Origin: Prorocentrum cordatum
Lineage: Eukaryota
Reading direction: 5' to 3'
Assembly (NCBI GenBank): GCA_963575745.1
Contig: CAUYUJ010000148.1
Location: forward strand, 496,001 to 560,000
DNA length: 64,000 nt
Shown here: in pieces, positions 19,142-31,800 of the stretch
Layout: each line of letters begins with the position of its first letter
How positions within the stretch are numbered: the stretch's first letter is position 1
Translations under genes and position numbers: made by a program
Notes under the pieces: generated by a model
Database searches by the model: none
What the model saw: only the letters and a program-made list of their open reading frames with translations
What the model was told of the DNA's origin: nothing

Positions 19142-22100
19142 GCGCCGCAGCGCGCACCTGGAGGCCCGCGGGGTTGTCCCAACGGCTGGCTCCCGCGCCC
19201 CTACGGCCTGCGAGGTTGTCCCAACGGCCTGGCCCGAAGGGTTGCCCCGACGGCTTCGCGATCTAGCCGTCGGCAAACGCGCGCGTGCTGGCCGACGCGG
19301 CGACGGCGCCGAGGAAAATCGAGTTGCTTGCCACGACCAGGGGGAACGGGAGGTGCACATGGAGAAGAGGCAGGAGGATGAGGAGGGAAGGCGCATGGGG
19401 GAGGGCGACGACGAGGAGGAGGTGGCGCGAGAGGAGGAGGAGGAGGAGGAGGAGGAGGAGGAGGAGGAGGAGGAGGAGGAAGAGGAGGAGGAGGAGGAGG
19501 AGGAGGAGGAGGAAGAGAAATAGAAGGAGGAAGAGAGGGCAGTGCATAGGGCAAGAAAAGAGGATGTCCGCCAGGGAGAGGAGGAAAGGGCAAAGGGTAA
19601 GCTAAACAGGTTTTCATGTGGGGTCCTACCGTCGGAGTAATTAACGATTCATGGCGATGGTGACCGGGCAACAAAAAGATACCAATACCGCTATTCCCCG
19701 GACCTCTCCAACCATGGGTGCGCCCTGGCCAGAATGTCGAGGGTAATGCAGCCGTGACGCCGAGGGCTCGCCAAGAGGAGCAGAGGCATGACTATCTGCT
19801 CCTCTTCTGACCCAAGCTCCGTCCCCCTCACCCTCTGCCTGGTGGCTTCTGGGCTACACCTCGGGCCTCCAACGGCTTTCGGGCCGATCCGTACGCCCCT
19901 GGGAAGAGCCCTCGACGGGGCGCAACCGCTGGAAGGCATCCCCCGAGGCCGGAAGGCCGCTCGGAACGGGCGACAACGTCGGAGAACCTCGAACCTCGAC
20001 CCCCCCCCCCCCGCCGCACACCCTTGGGCTCGCCGCCGAATCCAGCCCCTTCTGGGCTCGACGATAGCGGCGCGCAGAAGGGGGGTAGAGGGGAGGGGGG
20101 GAGGCTCCTTAGAAGAGGGCTGCTTGGCAAAAGCCGCCAGCCTTACATGTATAGAGAAGGCTCGCGCCTTCTAAGAAGCGGGGATGTTCCTGAAAACCGT
20201 TTGTCCACTTCCCCCCATAGCCCCCCTCTGCGCGTGGCAGACGATGGTCCTCTCTCGCCCGCCGCCGACCCCGCCCCAACCCGCCTCGGGCATGGGCCGC
20301 TCTGCCCGGGCGACCGGCAGCTCGGGGCGGTGCGCGGGGCGCTGGCGGGGGCGCGGGCGCGGGCGCGGGGCCGCGGGCGGGAGCGGGGGCGAGGGCCCGG
20401 AGCTGGCGGCGCGCAGGGGGGGTAGGTAGGGGGAGGGGGGGAGGCTTCTCACACGGAAGCGCTGTTCCTTGGAAGGCGCGGGCCTTACATCTACGGACGG
20501 GGCCCGCGCCTTCTAAGAAGCACGGGTGCTTCTAAGAAACATCCCCCCTCCCCGTACCCCCCCCCTCCGCATGTGGTCGATGAAGGGCGGAGGACGGGGG
20601 GGCCGCAGGGGGGACCACGGTGGGGAGGAAGGGGGGCGGGGGACCCCTTTTGCTCGGCAGTGCCGCGGTCGCGGGCGTCGGGGGGGCCGTCTGGCGCGGC
20701 GCGCCGAGCGCGGAGCGCGCAAAGCGGGTGGGGAAAGCAGAGGACGGCCGCGGAGGGGGGAGAAAGAGAAGAGGGGCCCAACCGTTGAGTCGGCGGGCGA
20801 AGGGCGCGCAGGCGGCCTCGAGGTGCGGAGGAGCACGCTGGATGGTGGCGCTGTCAGGTACTAAAAGCGGGCAGAGTAACCACACCTCGTACTGGGCAAC
20901 TCGATCGGCAAAGTACCTCAGCAGAGCATCGGAAGACTCCCCGACAGGATAGCCCGATAGGAAAAGGCATCGAAGAGGGCAGGGCTTCGCAGGAAACGTC
21001 CACAGCCGTTTAGCAAACGCCAATTATGGGGTCGGGGTGGATTCCATTTTTTTGAAAAATCAAAGCTGCGGAGGGACGTTGGCGCCCCTCCCTGCGGCCG
21101 TCTTCGTTGGTCGAGAACGTGGGGGGGAGAATTAAGGGGAACACAAACCTACCTCGCTTTTGACCACCCTCGCTTCCAAGAGATACCAAACGATTCCAAA
21201 TTGCAGCCTGTACTGGTCAGGCCGCTTGACGAGGAGGCGCGTGGTATGGCTTGGTTTTGCTTGGAAGCGAAAGCGGGGTAGGTAATTCACGCTCTGAAGA
21301 ATGGGGGGGAAACAGGAAGGGGCGGGGGTGGGTGGGAGGGAGGAGGGACGGGATCCTGCCGGATGCTGGCTAGGGTAAGTTTTCAAAGATAGATGAAAAA
21401 GGCGCCAGTCTACTCGGCGCAGCGCCCTCTGCATGAAGCTATAAAGCCAATCAGAAACCAATCGACACAACTCTTGCGATCGTGCAGCAGAGCAATGAAT
21501 GACCACAAACGTTGCGTATACACTCAACAAGAGCTCATCCTTGAGGGCACCACCACACGTGCCAAATCAAACTGGAAACGCTGACGTACGCAGCGTAACT
21601 TGCCAGCCCAATACAAATCTGAAAATATGCACCATAAAGCAAACAAAAAAAAACATACGAGACAACACCTTCGCCAATTGGTTGGTGCAGAACCCACCAA
21701 CACTGCTGGCACAGACAACCGTAGTTTAGCGCGTGGGCGAATTGCCACGCGTGTCGTGCGCTTTAGTTGCCCCGTTGGGCCTGGGCTGGGCTCAGCCGCC
21801 ACAGCCACAACACTCCCCCACAACGGGCACGATGCCCGTCTGCCGCGACGCCTTGTAGGTGGCGGCGCGCTCTCCTTGCATGGCAGGTCGGGCCCGCACC
21901 TGCTGCCATGTGGGCCGCTGGCCTCGCCGAAGGGCCACAGCAAGCAGTGCCCTCTTAGTCCGTCATCAGCCGCCTGGTCCTGCTCCTGCGCGCAGTGCGC
22001 CCAGCCCTGCGGGGGCCGCGCGGGCCCCAGGCAAGGGGGGGAGGGGAGGCCCCCCCGGACGCCGCCCCGGCTTCCGATTTCCAGGGGGGGAAGGCTCAGG

Positions 22101-22975
22101 ATCGGACTTGGGCTTCTGCATCGCGGCCAGCTGCTGCCGCACGGCGCATGCCACGTCTCCTGCGCTGGCACCGCGCTCGCGCGAGCTCCTGCGCGAGAAC
22201 ACCCTGGGAGGAAGGGAAGGAGGGGAGGCGGGGGAGCAGGCGAAGCACGGGGCGGACAGCAAAGCCGCAGCAGGAAAGCACAGAGTGTGAACAGAGAGGG
22301 GGGCTGCTCCAGAGAGTCGGGGGAGCTGCCTCTCATCCGTGCGAGCCCGGCTGCCCCTCATCATAAACCACTGGGGGCCACTTTGGGCTTACCTCCAAGA
22401 ATCCGGTGAATTTGTGCAAGCTCAAAGAGACCTCTGGGGACCTCCAGAGGTCTTGGGAGCTCTCGCCCGCAACTCTCAGGAAGAATCCGCCGACCCTGTC
22501 GGCGTGTGCGAGGGGCTTGGCTGTTCGAGTCGTCGTCTCCGTCGGTCGTCGCCTCCGTCGTCCCCTTTCCCTGCAGCTTCCTTCTCAAGCTCGTGAGCGA
22601 GAGAAAAATCGAGCAGTGTTGTAATCGAGTCGAAGGGAAGCCCCTTCCCTTTGATCCCTTCCCCAGGGGGGGGGGGGTCCCGGGGGGCAGATTCGTTTTC
22701 CCTCGGGCGGCCTAGAAACCTCGAAAACACTCCAAATGAGGTCCGAATGCCCAAGATGGCCCCCGAGACGGCCCAAGAGGGCCCCGAGTCGCCCAAAGAT
22801 CGGCCGAAAACGCCCAAGATAGCCCCAAGACCGTCCAAGAAGCCTCCAAGACGTCCCAGGCCCCCTCCAAGAGACCCCCAGGAAGCCCCAAGAGGCCCCC
22901 ACGAGGCTTCCGAGCGGCCCCTAAGAGCTTCCCAAGAGGCCCACAAACTACCCCCAAGAGGCCCCCAAGAGCGCA

Positions 22976-23022
<47 letters not shown>

Positions 23023-23337
23023 TTCGGGGTCGGCGGCACCGGCCGTAGGGCCTTCGCAATATGGTTTCTGGGGACTCCGGAACCACGGGTGGAAGTGGCT
23101 GCGGCTATTATTGCGTGCTAGGTGGGGTTAACTTCGGCTCAACTCGCTGTGCCACCAAGCCAGCAGCAGCCGACTGGCGCAAATGGCTGCAGCTTTGGCC
23201 AGGGGGACGCCTCCACTGGCGCGGAGACGTTTCGGCGGCGTCTCGGCAGCGCCACCGGCCATCGTGGCCCGCGCGCGGGGCGGTGGTCTCCAATCGGAAG
23301 TCTCTTCGGGCTGGCTGGACAATGACTACCTACCAGA

Positions 23338-23474
23338 CCACCCCAACCCAACCCGAAGACACGAATTTCGGGTTGGGGGGGGTACGGGTTCCATATATGT
23401 TTTTTCAATGTTCCCAGACCCCCCCCCACTGGAAATGGAGGGCAAATCGGGGCCTTCGGGTTGGGTTGGGGTGG
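23338..23474. mobile_element. MITE-like element with 21-bp perfect terminal inverted repeats
   Basis: CCACCCCAACCCAACCCGAAG (23338-23358) and its reverse complement (23454-23474); no clear TSD. Confidence 0.55.
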
Positions 23475-25329
23475 GTTGGTGGGTGGTGAGACAAGCCCGA
23501 ACGTGTCCCCCTGGCCACCCATGGGGCGGTCAAGCCGGTTCGGGCCCGTGGGATGGCTGAGGCCCGTGGCTGCGGGCTCCAGACTGTCCGCAACGTCCCC
23601 CTCAGGAGGGTTTTGCGGACCCTACGAACTCAACTATCCCCGCGAATCAGTTGGAGGGAAGCATGTCCCGACCTCCTACGCCACATTGGACTGTCCTCCA
23701 GCGCAGATGCTCCTGGGGACCTGTGCGAGGTCTCCAAGGATCTCTAGGAGGTCTCGGGAGGCCTTGCCCGCAACACTCTGGAGGCATTCGCTTTTCGTGA
23801 GCCCCAAATCCCGGGGTAACATGGCTGCGGCTAGTCAATAGAATGAGGGCTGCCACTCGGCGGCGCCGCAAATGGCTGCGGCTTTGGCCAGGGGGGCAAC
23901 TCCCCTGGTGCGCCAACGCCTCGGCGGCGGCAAGGGCTCCATCGACCCCGCGCGCGGGGCGGTGGGCCCCTTCTCGGGAGGGCCTCTCCCAGTGCCAACG
24001 GAAATACGCCCGAGCAAACCCCAAGAGATCCCCGTGGGCCCTGAGGCCCCCGGGGGGGGAGGGGTCTGGGGCCAGGGGAGCAGCCCGAACCCCCTCCCCT
24101 CGCCAATGTCGCCCCGGTGGCGGAGCCCCAGCGAGCTCAGGGAGGTGTTCGTCGGAGACGAACCGCTGCCTTATAAACCGCCCCGTGCGTCCTCCCAGAA
24201 TGCTCTACTCTGGAGCCGTGCCCACCGTAGGCACGGGGGGAAAGGAACACGAGGAGGCAACATATGAAGAAGAGGTGGAGGGGGAGCGGAAAGGAAAACT
24301 GCCAGTGGACCCCAGGACGGTGAGCACAACGCAGACTGTTGTGAACTGAGGCCGAATCGGACCAAGACGGGCGCGCCTCCCGACTCTGGCAGAGCACAGC
24401 GGTCCAGGGTGGCGGAGACGATGGCAACGATGACCATAGCGATGACGACGATCGACGACGATGTCGATCGATAGCGACGATGATGACGGCGATGATGACG
24501 ATACTGACGATGATGACGAGTCGTGATGATGGACGGTGATGGTGATGATGGTGATGGTGATGTTGATGATGGTGATGCTGATGATGATGATGATGATGAT
24601 GATGAGAGCGATGGTGATGATGATGATAATGATGATGATGGTGATGATGGTAGTGATGATGATGATGATGATGATGATGGTGATGAGTACGACAACGACG
24701 ACGACTACGACGTCGGCGAAACACACACGTCGTGGGTATCACTATCACCAAGGGAACGGTCAGCATCGGATCGGTACATCGGATCGGATCGGAATATTCG
24801 TCGGGTCAGGCCGCATCGTCACAGAGTCTGACTTGAACCGTATCGGCTGCGCCAAAACGAACAACACCGCCATGCCAGCATCGGCCCTCATCGTATCGTC
24901 GGAACGTTGGAACCAAATCGGATCGAGCGGGCCGACAACGACATCGGATCGGATCCATAAGATCGAGGTGGGCTCAGCGGTCAGCGGCGACGGCGATGCT
25001 GACGATGGTGTAAACGATTACGGCAGCGATGTTGACTACAACGATGACGCCATCGCCATTATCATCGTCGCCAGAGCAGAGGAGTCGGAGAGCCCTTCGG
25101 CGCGCGCGCTACAGGGCCGCCCCGCCGCCGATGCCTCCCAGGGCCCGCCCCTTGGGCCGCCCTAGGTGAGAGCGCGGGCACGCGGGCAACAAGGACAGGG
25201 AGGAGAACAGGAGGGAGGAGGGGAGGAGAAGGAGGAGAGCAGAGGACCCAATGAAAGATCGAGGGGGAGCAGAGGAGGTGCAGAGGAAGAGAAGGAGGAA
25301 TTGTTTTTGCCCGCGAAGGGTAAAACGTT

Positions 25330-26639
25330 TAACGTGAACGTTTTTCCAGCTGCGTCCCCCTAACTGCTATCCGCTGCCTCATCCTCTCCAACAGTGGAAT
25401 TACATAGCTGCCTGGAAGATCACCATCAAGGCGCTGGAACCCCACAGCCCGTTGAGCTGGCTGTTGAGTCTGCGGCAACCGCTGGCACTCCACTTCGCTT
25501 AAGATATGGAGCGCGACACCTGGGGCAGAACGATTGGCCCGGGGATGGAGGCCACGGAGCATTCGATTGAGACGCCGCCTGCTGGCAGAGGAAGCAGCAC
25601 ATCCTCTGCACTATTTTTCCAAGCTGACGCGTGAGACGCACATCGCCTGTAAAACGCCGGAGCCGGACCCGACTAGAGACGCATGCAGACCAGGTCGTGC
25701 CCGTGCGTTCGGCGAGCGAGAAAAGAAACAAATGTGCCCTTTTTTTTCCAGGGCAGTCCGACATATTCAGAACAGCAGCGTTCGCATCTTACGCCGCGCA
25801 TGACAATCATGACAGATGAACGAGCCAGGTGCGACAGGCACGACAGCCCACGCATGCCATATGTGCGCGCGTGTGCTCCTCCTCTAGGGGAAGCTGCGAG
25901 ACCGGGAAGAGGGGCGGGGGCCCCCATGACTCGAGCGACAGCGCGGGCTTTGCCGACGAAGGAATTATCAAGATCACCACAACCTCCCTGGGGGCTCCTG
26001 CGCATTCAGAGAGAAGGCATCCTTTGCGGAACGATCCGCTAGGACATTTGCCCTCGCGGCCCTCCGCTCACCCCGCGGAAGTCCATCTATAACTCCCATG
26101 CTGCGGCGAGCAGGGGCGCGGGCGCAGGGGCCGACGTTTGTCGACCCCTGGATGTCCCAGAAACCTCTGCGCAGCCCTCCATGCATGTTCCTGGAACAAA
26201 CCTGCCAGGCAGTTGGGAGGTTGCGATGCCGAACGGGACCCGAATAATCGGACCAACCATACATCATGCGCCCCATCTGCCAAATAAAAAACTGATCGCT
26301 ACAATGCCCATGCGCTCGGTAGCTTGTGGGGACCGTGGAAGGCTCGGCCAGACAGGGCCTCTGAATCGAGCCACGACCTCCTCCGACCCAGCCTGCAGAA
26401 ACACTCCCGCGAAGGACGATCGGGCAAGCTCACAAGTCCAAGACCTGGCGCGTGACCCGTCGACGACGACGCCAGACGCAGCCTGGAGAATCGCGACATC
26501 CTGCAGCGCTTCCCCGCGGGGATCAAAAGTCCCAGGATAGATCGCGCCCGCCGGGGGTTTGCAAGGCGAGGGGGGAGGGGGGCGAGCGAGAACAAGGCGG
26601 GCCCAGAGAGGGCGCGGGGCGTGTGCGCGCGCGCGCGTG

Positions 26640-26738
<99 letters not shown>

Positions 26739-29700
26739 TGGCGTGGTGGCGTGGTGGCGTGGTGGCGTGGTGGCGTGGTGGCGTGGTGGCGTGGTGGCGT
26801 GGTGGCGTGTTGCGTGTTGCGTGTTGCGTGTTGCGTGTTGCGTGTTGCGTGTTGCGTGTTGCGTGTTGCGTGTTGCGTGTTGCGTGTTGCGTGTTGCGTG
26901 TTGCGTGTTGCGTGTGCGTGTTGCGTGTTGCGTGTTGCGTGTTGCGTGTTGCGTGTTGCGTGTTGCGTGTTGCGTGTTGCGTGTTGCGTGTTGCGTGTTG
27001 CGTGTTGCGTGTTGCGTGTTGCGTGTTGCGTGTTGCGTGTGCGTGTTGCGTGTTGCGTGTTGCGTGTTGCGTGTTGCGTGCGTGTGCGTGCGCGCGCGTG
27101 TTGCGCGTGAGCGCGTGCGTGTTGCGTGTTGCGTGTTGCGTGTTGCGTGTTGCGTGTTGCGTGTTGCGTGTTGCGTGTTGCGTGTTGCGTGTTGCGTGTT
27201 GCGTGTTGCGTGTTGCGTGTTGCGTGTTGCGTGTTGCGTGTTGCGTGTTGCGTGTTGCGTGTTGCGTGTTGCGTGTGCGTGTGGTGTTGTGTTGCGTGTT
27301 GCGTGTTGTGTTGTGTTGTGTTGTGTGGTGTTGTGTTGTGGTGTGTGTTGTGTTTGTTGTTGTGTTTTGTGTGTGTTGTGTTGTGTTTGTGTTGTTGTTG
27401 TGTTGTGTTGTGTTGTGTTGTGTGTGCGTGCGTGCGTGCGTGCGTGCGTGCGTGTGTGTGCGTGTGTTTGCGTGTGCGTGTGCGTGTGTGCGTGTGCGTG
27501 TGCGTGTGCGTGTGCGTGTGGTGCGTGTGTGCGTGCGTGGTGCGTGTGCGTGTGCGTGTGCGTGTGCGTGTGTGCGTGTGCGTGTGCGCGTGCGTGTGCG
27601 TGCGCGTGCGTTGCGTGCGCGTGCGCGTGCGCGATGCGCGCGCGTGTGCATGTGCGTGTGCGTGTGCGCGTGCGCGCGCGCGCGCGCGCGTGTGCGTGTG
27701 TGGGGGGGGGGGGGGGGGGGGGGCGACTTGCTTCCCGCGATCCCTGGGCCCTGCTGCCTGGGCCCTGCCCTTCCCCGACCCTTGGAGCCAGGGGCCGGGC
27801 CAGGGCGCGCGATCGAGCCCTCCGCGCGGAGGGCATCGACCGCCATCGATCTGGAGGCGAATGCGGAAGCCGCCCTGCAAAAACAACTGGCCATTGCGCG
27901 CTTCTGGCGCGGCGCGCTTCATACGCGCGCATCCAGCATTGCGCGCACTATCAGAAAACGCGTGCAATATCAAGACTGCTCCAGCTATGTGCCAAACCAC
28001 GCTCATGCTCACGCTGCACCGCATCTCTCAGCATACCCCCCGAGCATGTTCGGGGCCGCGCACGCGAGGGGTATCTCTTCACCTATAGCATCTCCCCGCA
28101 GTGCGAAATTCTCCACTGTCCACCCTGCGCGCTGGAGGGAAAGGAGCATGCGAGATATGGTCATCGCGCGTGTATCCATCGATGGTGGGGCTCCAGTCTC
28201 TCCAGCGCGGCCTGGCGAATACCCAAGGGCTCGCGAGCGCTGGGCAGCGAACGCTCCGATGCAACCAAGGCCTGCCAGCCTGCGACTGTCCGCGGAACAG
28301 CAGGAGCAACGCGCGCGTCGGCCTTAGGGCCGCCACGGAGCACCACCCCTGCCAGCAAAGGGCCACCTCGATGCGACGGCGAGCGAAGACTGAGCAGAGC
28401 AGCGCGGTCCCGCTGCAACTCGCAACCAGACATGCCGAGGATAGCACTGCCACATGCCAGCGCTGGCTCGACACCAGCATGCCATTAGGCGCTTGCCATG
28501 TGAGAGCCATTTACGAAATCCAAAAGCACGTGGGTGTAGAAATCGAAACTGGCGCAAGCGGTCGCGACGATTCCGAAGAGCCCCATTTGACGAATCCGAG
28601 GTTGACGGGCGAGTGCGCGATGGCACCCGCGCGGAGCCCTCGAAGCGGCAACTGGGAAGCCAAAGCCCTAGCTACCCAAGGGAACGCGCAGTCGCGACAG
28701 TCTTCGTTTCGGACATGTCCGCTTTGAGCTATGTTCGAAACGCGCGGTAGAAATATCCAGCAGCAGCTGGGACCAACCTGGGCTTGCTTAATCGCCAGTG
28801 CCCGCGATCGCGCCATCATCGGCGTAGCTCGAAAGCCGATTAAAATTTGCAAGCCGAGCCGTGAAATCATCAAAGGCACCGATGGCAAAGACCTCAACGG
28901 ACCCGCCATGGAAATGCCCCCGCAGGGATTCAACTTTCTGCAAAGAGTGCGACAGGATGGGTAGAAAGGCCTAGCCTTGCCAGCCCCGGAGAACGCCACG
29001 CATTGCACGTCGTTGTGGCCATGGCCCCAGGGATATCATCGAAGAGCTCGCTGTCGAAGGTGGCGCAGCGGGAAAGATTCGCAGCGCTTCTTTCCGTCGC
29101 GTCGGACCCCAAGAACAATCTTATAACCAGCAGCCGCTATCTCCCCAAGGGCCGCCCGGGCCCACGCACAACATCCAGCGCTCTAACTAGGCCGGACACC
29201 AAATGAGACCCCTCCGCGGCTGGCAAGAACGGGCCCAGGGGTGGTCGGCGAAGCCGTTCCATGCGCGAGCGTAACTGGCCAGCAAGAGGATGGCGCGACG
29301 CCCTCCCGCGGGCTGCTCGATCCGTTGAAATACCATATAGAAAAAGTGCCGAGGGGAGAGCTCCAACCGCTCAACCCCTTCATGTCGCAGACGGAACGCC
29401 CCTGAGGCAGCGCCCCTCAAGAGACAGATGATTCGGGTGGAAGCCGCCTGGCGCGGAAGAAGTAAACTGGCAAATCTTGCGAGATGCCAGCCGGATCTCA
29501 TCGGCATCCCGTGGCAGACAGTCTCGATCAGGCGCGCGTGCTCGCGGCGGTGCGAACGATGCACTCCACTGCTCCTGCGACGACTCCACCTCCGAGTTGA
29601 GCGCCGCGTCTGGGCAGCTGTAAAATTCGCCATGGGATTTCTCCACCATGCTGAGGTACCATACCTTCTGCAGACGCGTTCTCTGTCGCGTGAGCTCGGC

Positions 29701-31800
29701 CGACCCCTTGAGCGCCTGGTCGCGCCATTCATTCCTGGACAGATGTCGCAGCGTGCGAAGAGTCCTTCGTCGCAGCCTCGATGACCAATTGCTCGCCGCA
29801 TTGCGTCGCGTGATCCCGCCGAGGACGGGGGTGCCCCTCTGGGTAATCACGCGGGGCCTCCACTTGCGAATCCAAGCCCCGCAAGAAGCTCCTCGCCGTA
29901 ATAATTTCCTACCGCAGCTGTTTGTTTGCGCGCAGGCGCAGCTGGGTTATCTTGGAGCTCTGGTCTCTGCTTCGCCATCGCCTCAAACCCGCGCCACTCG
30001 ATAGAGCCACTGTGCAGCATGAGCAACGCGGACAGGACCTTGGGCGTGATCTTTGTGCCCCAGAACAGGTGCGCATCGTCGAGCAAAGATAGCTGCGTCG
30101 AGCGAGCTTCGTTATCGAGAAATCGAACACTGCAGCAATTTCCACCCCTGCACTCCTCAAAACCTTCTAAGACTAAACCACCCGCGCCTAATTGAGTCGC
30201 GCCCGAGCCTTATCAACCGAGTCGTATTGCATAGACAAGGCTGCCTCATCAGCCATCTGCCTGGCTGCCGCGTGGACGCGGGTTTGAGGGCGAAGGCCGA
30301 AAGGGGGGAGGGGGGGGGCGCGCGCGAGAGCAATGCATCAGCTGCCGGAGAGAGAGACGGTGTCAAATCGTGGCGGTAGACGCACGGGCCCATGAGGCCC
30401 CCCCGCCACTGGGAGAACACCCGCCCCTCATCCACCACTCGCGCGAGATCATGATACGCCAGCAAGAAAGACATCGCGCTGGCCGAGGAGGACAACATAC
30501 ACGCATGACGCACAGGGCGAGCGTGATGAGGCCACCCTTGCGTGTGCAACCGCACTGCTCAATGGAGGTCGGCTCAACATTTCAATCAGCACCAGCCGGG
30601 ACAGAGCCCGTTGATGTCATAACCGCTCACCCCCCCCCAGGATAGAGAGTAGGCGCTGGTTGGCCTCGTCAAAGCCCACGCTGCCACGCTGTCGCGCAGA
30701 TGTGTGAATATACTACACGCTCTGGCCGTCCAGAAATATCAACCGTAGCTGAGATAAGACGCCATTTGGCCAACTCGCCTCCAGTAGGCTTCCATCTGAG
30801 CTCAAGATGAAACAAAAATGGCCACGCCGGCGAAATGTGGCCCGCGGGCACAGCATCGCGACCGGCCGCCGAAACTGGGAGCCCACTCAGGTGTGGAAGG
30901 TCGGGGGGGTGTCTTCCTAGCCCCCTTGATGCCCATGGGTTCCAGCTGTTGCGCTAACGCACGCTTGTCACCCGTGTGATTGGGCAGATCGTCGATGTCC
31001 TCCATCGATAAGCCATCATACTGTGGTGCTTGATGCGAGTCATCATACCAGCTTCGGCGTCAAAACCATTATGTTCGCCCGCTGCATCACCGGATGAGCC
31101 AGCAGTCGGTGACGTCGTAGGAGTAGGCGCCGTGGCCGTGTAGAGTTGCTGCAACTTCGAACACGCTGGGTTCGCCATGGGCCCTTTTGATCTCATCATT
31201 GCCTTCACCCTCCAGCGCGTAAGGAGGCAGCTTGAACTTGACCTCGGCAGGGGAAGTGGCTGCGTCTGGCGGTATGGTGCGTCGCAGCTCCTCCTCCAAA
31301 GCAACCACCTCGTGCTTGATAGTCACCTTTTTTTCTTGCATCTCACGAAGTGATCGTTGGGCATTATCGATGGGTTTCCGTTGTGCTGCAACAGCCTCGG
31401 TCGCGGTGGACTGCTTATTTTCGGCAGTTGTTGTTGCAGGACAGGTTTGGCATCTCGCTGGGCCTTACGAGCATCTCGGGGTTGAGACCCGAAGCGCAGC
31501 TTGGCTGGGTCATCGGCGGACGCGTCACCAAGCTGTCGGAGAGCCATCCCAAGGGACTCGACTCGCGCACCTCGCTGCCCATTCTCAGCGTCAGCAGCAG
31601 CAGCATCGCCATCGGCAGTAGGCGCCTAGCCAGCAGTATGGCCAGTTTTCGGGTCCTTGAGCAACTTGAACTTCCAACCGAATTGTTTCTCGGGCGCCGC
31701 TGTCGTAGTGTCGACCAGGACGGGAGAAAACGGGGGGCCATTAGCCCGTCGGCGCTCGAGCCGTAGTTGGGGTCGGCAACTGGGCCCATTCCTTCTCATT
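25330..31800 (-). mobile_element. Decayed non-LTR retrotransposon (LINE-like: APE endonuclease, RT, probable RNase H region); boundaries approximate
   Basis: Minus strand: GAD*NVEP (30570-30593, GDWN-like), PHGPVRL (~30376-30396), GGRRAILLLASYARAW (~29260-29310, RPI-L-like) and SSYADDG (YADD 28815-28826), in correct EN-RT order with many stops and frameshifts. Confidence 0.65.
26620..27723. repeat. Compound microsatellite (TGCG)n/(GCGTGGTG)n/(GCGTGTT)n/(TGTGT)n ending in poly-G, inside the LINE relic
   Basis: Direct inspection; explains the long spurious ORFs here. Confidence 0.95.

Noticed and set aside
24137..25165. His-rich or Met-rich ORFs
   Set aside because: (GAT)n microsatellite; the same applies to 4577-4952 and 18100-18350.
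26264..28488. Long ORFs of 470-680 aa
   Set aside because: Translation of stop-free microsatellites.
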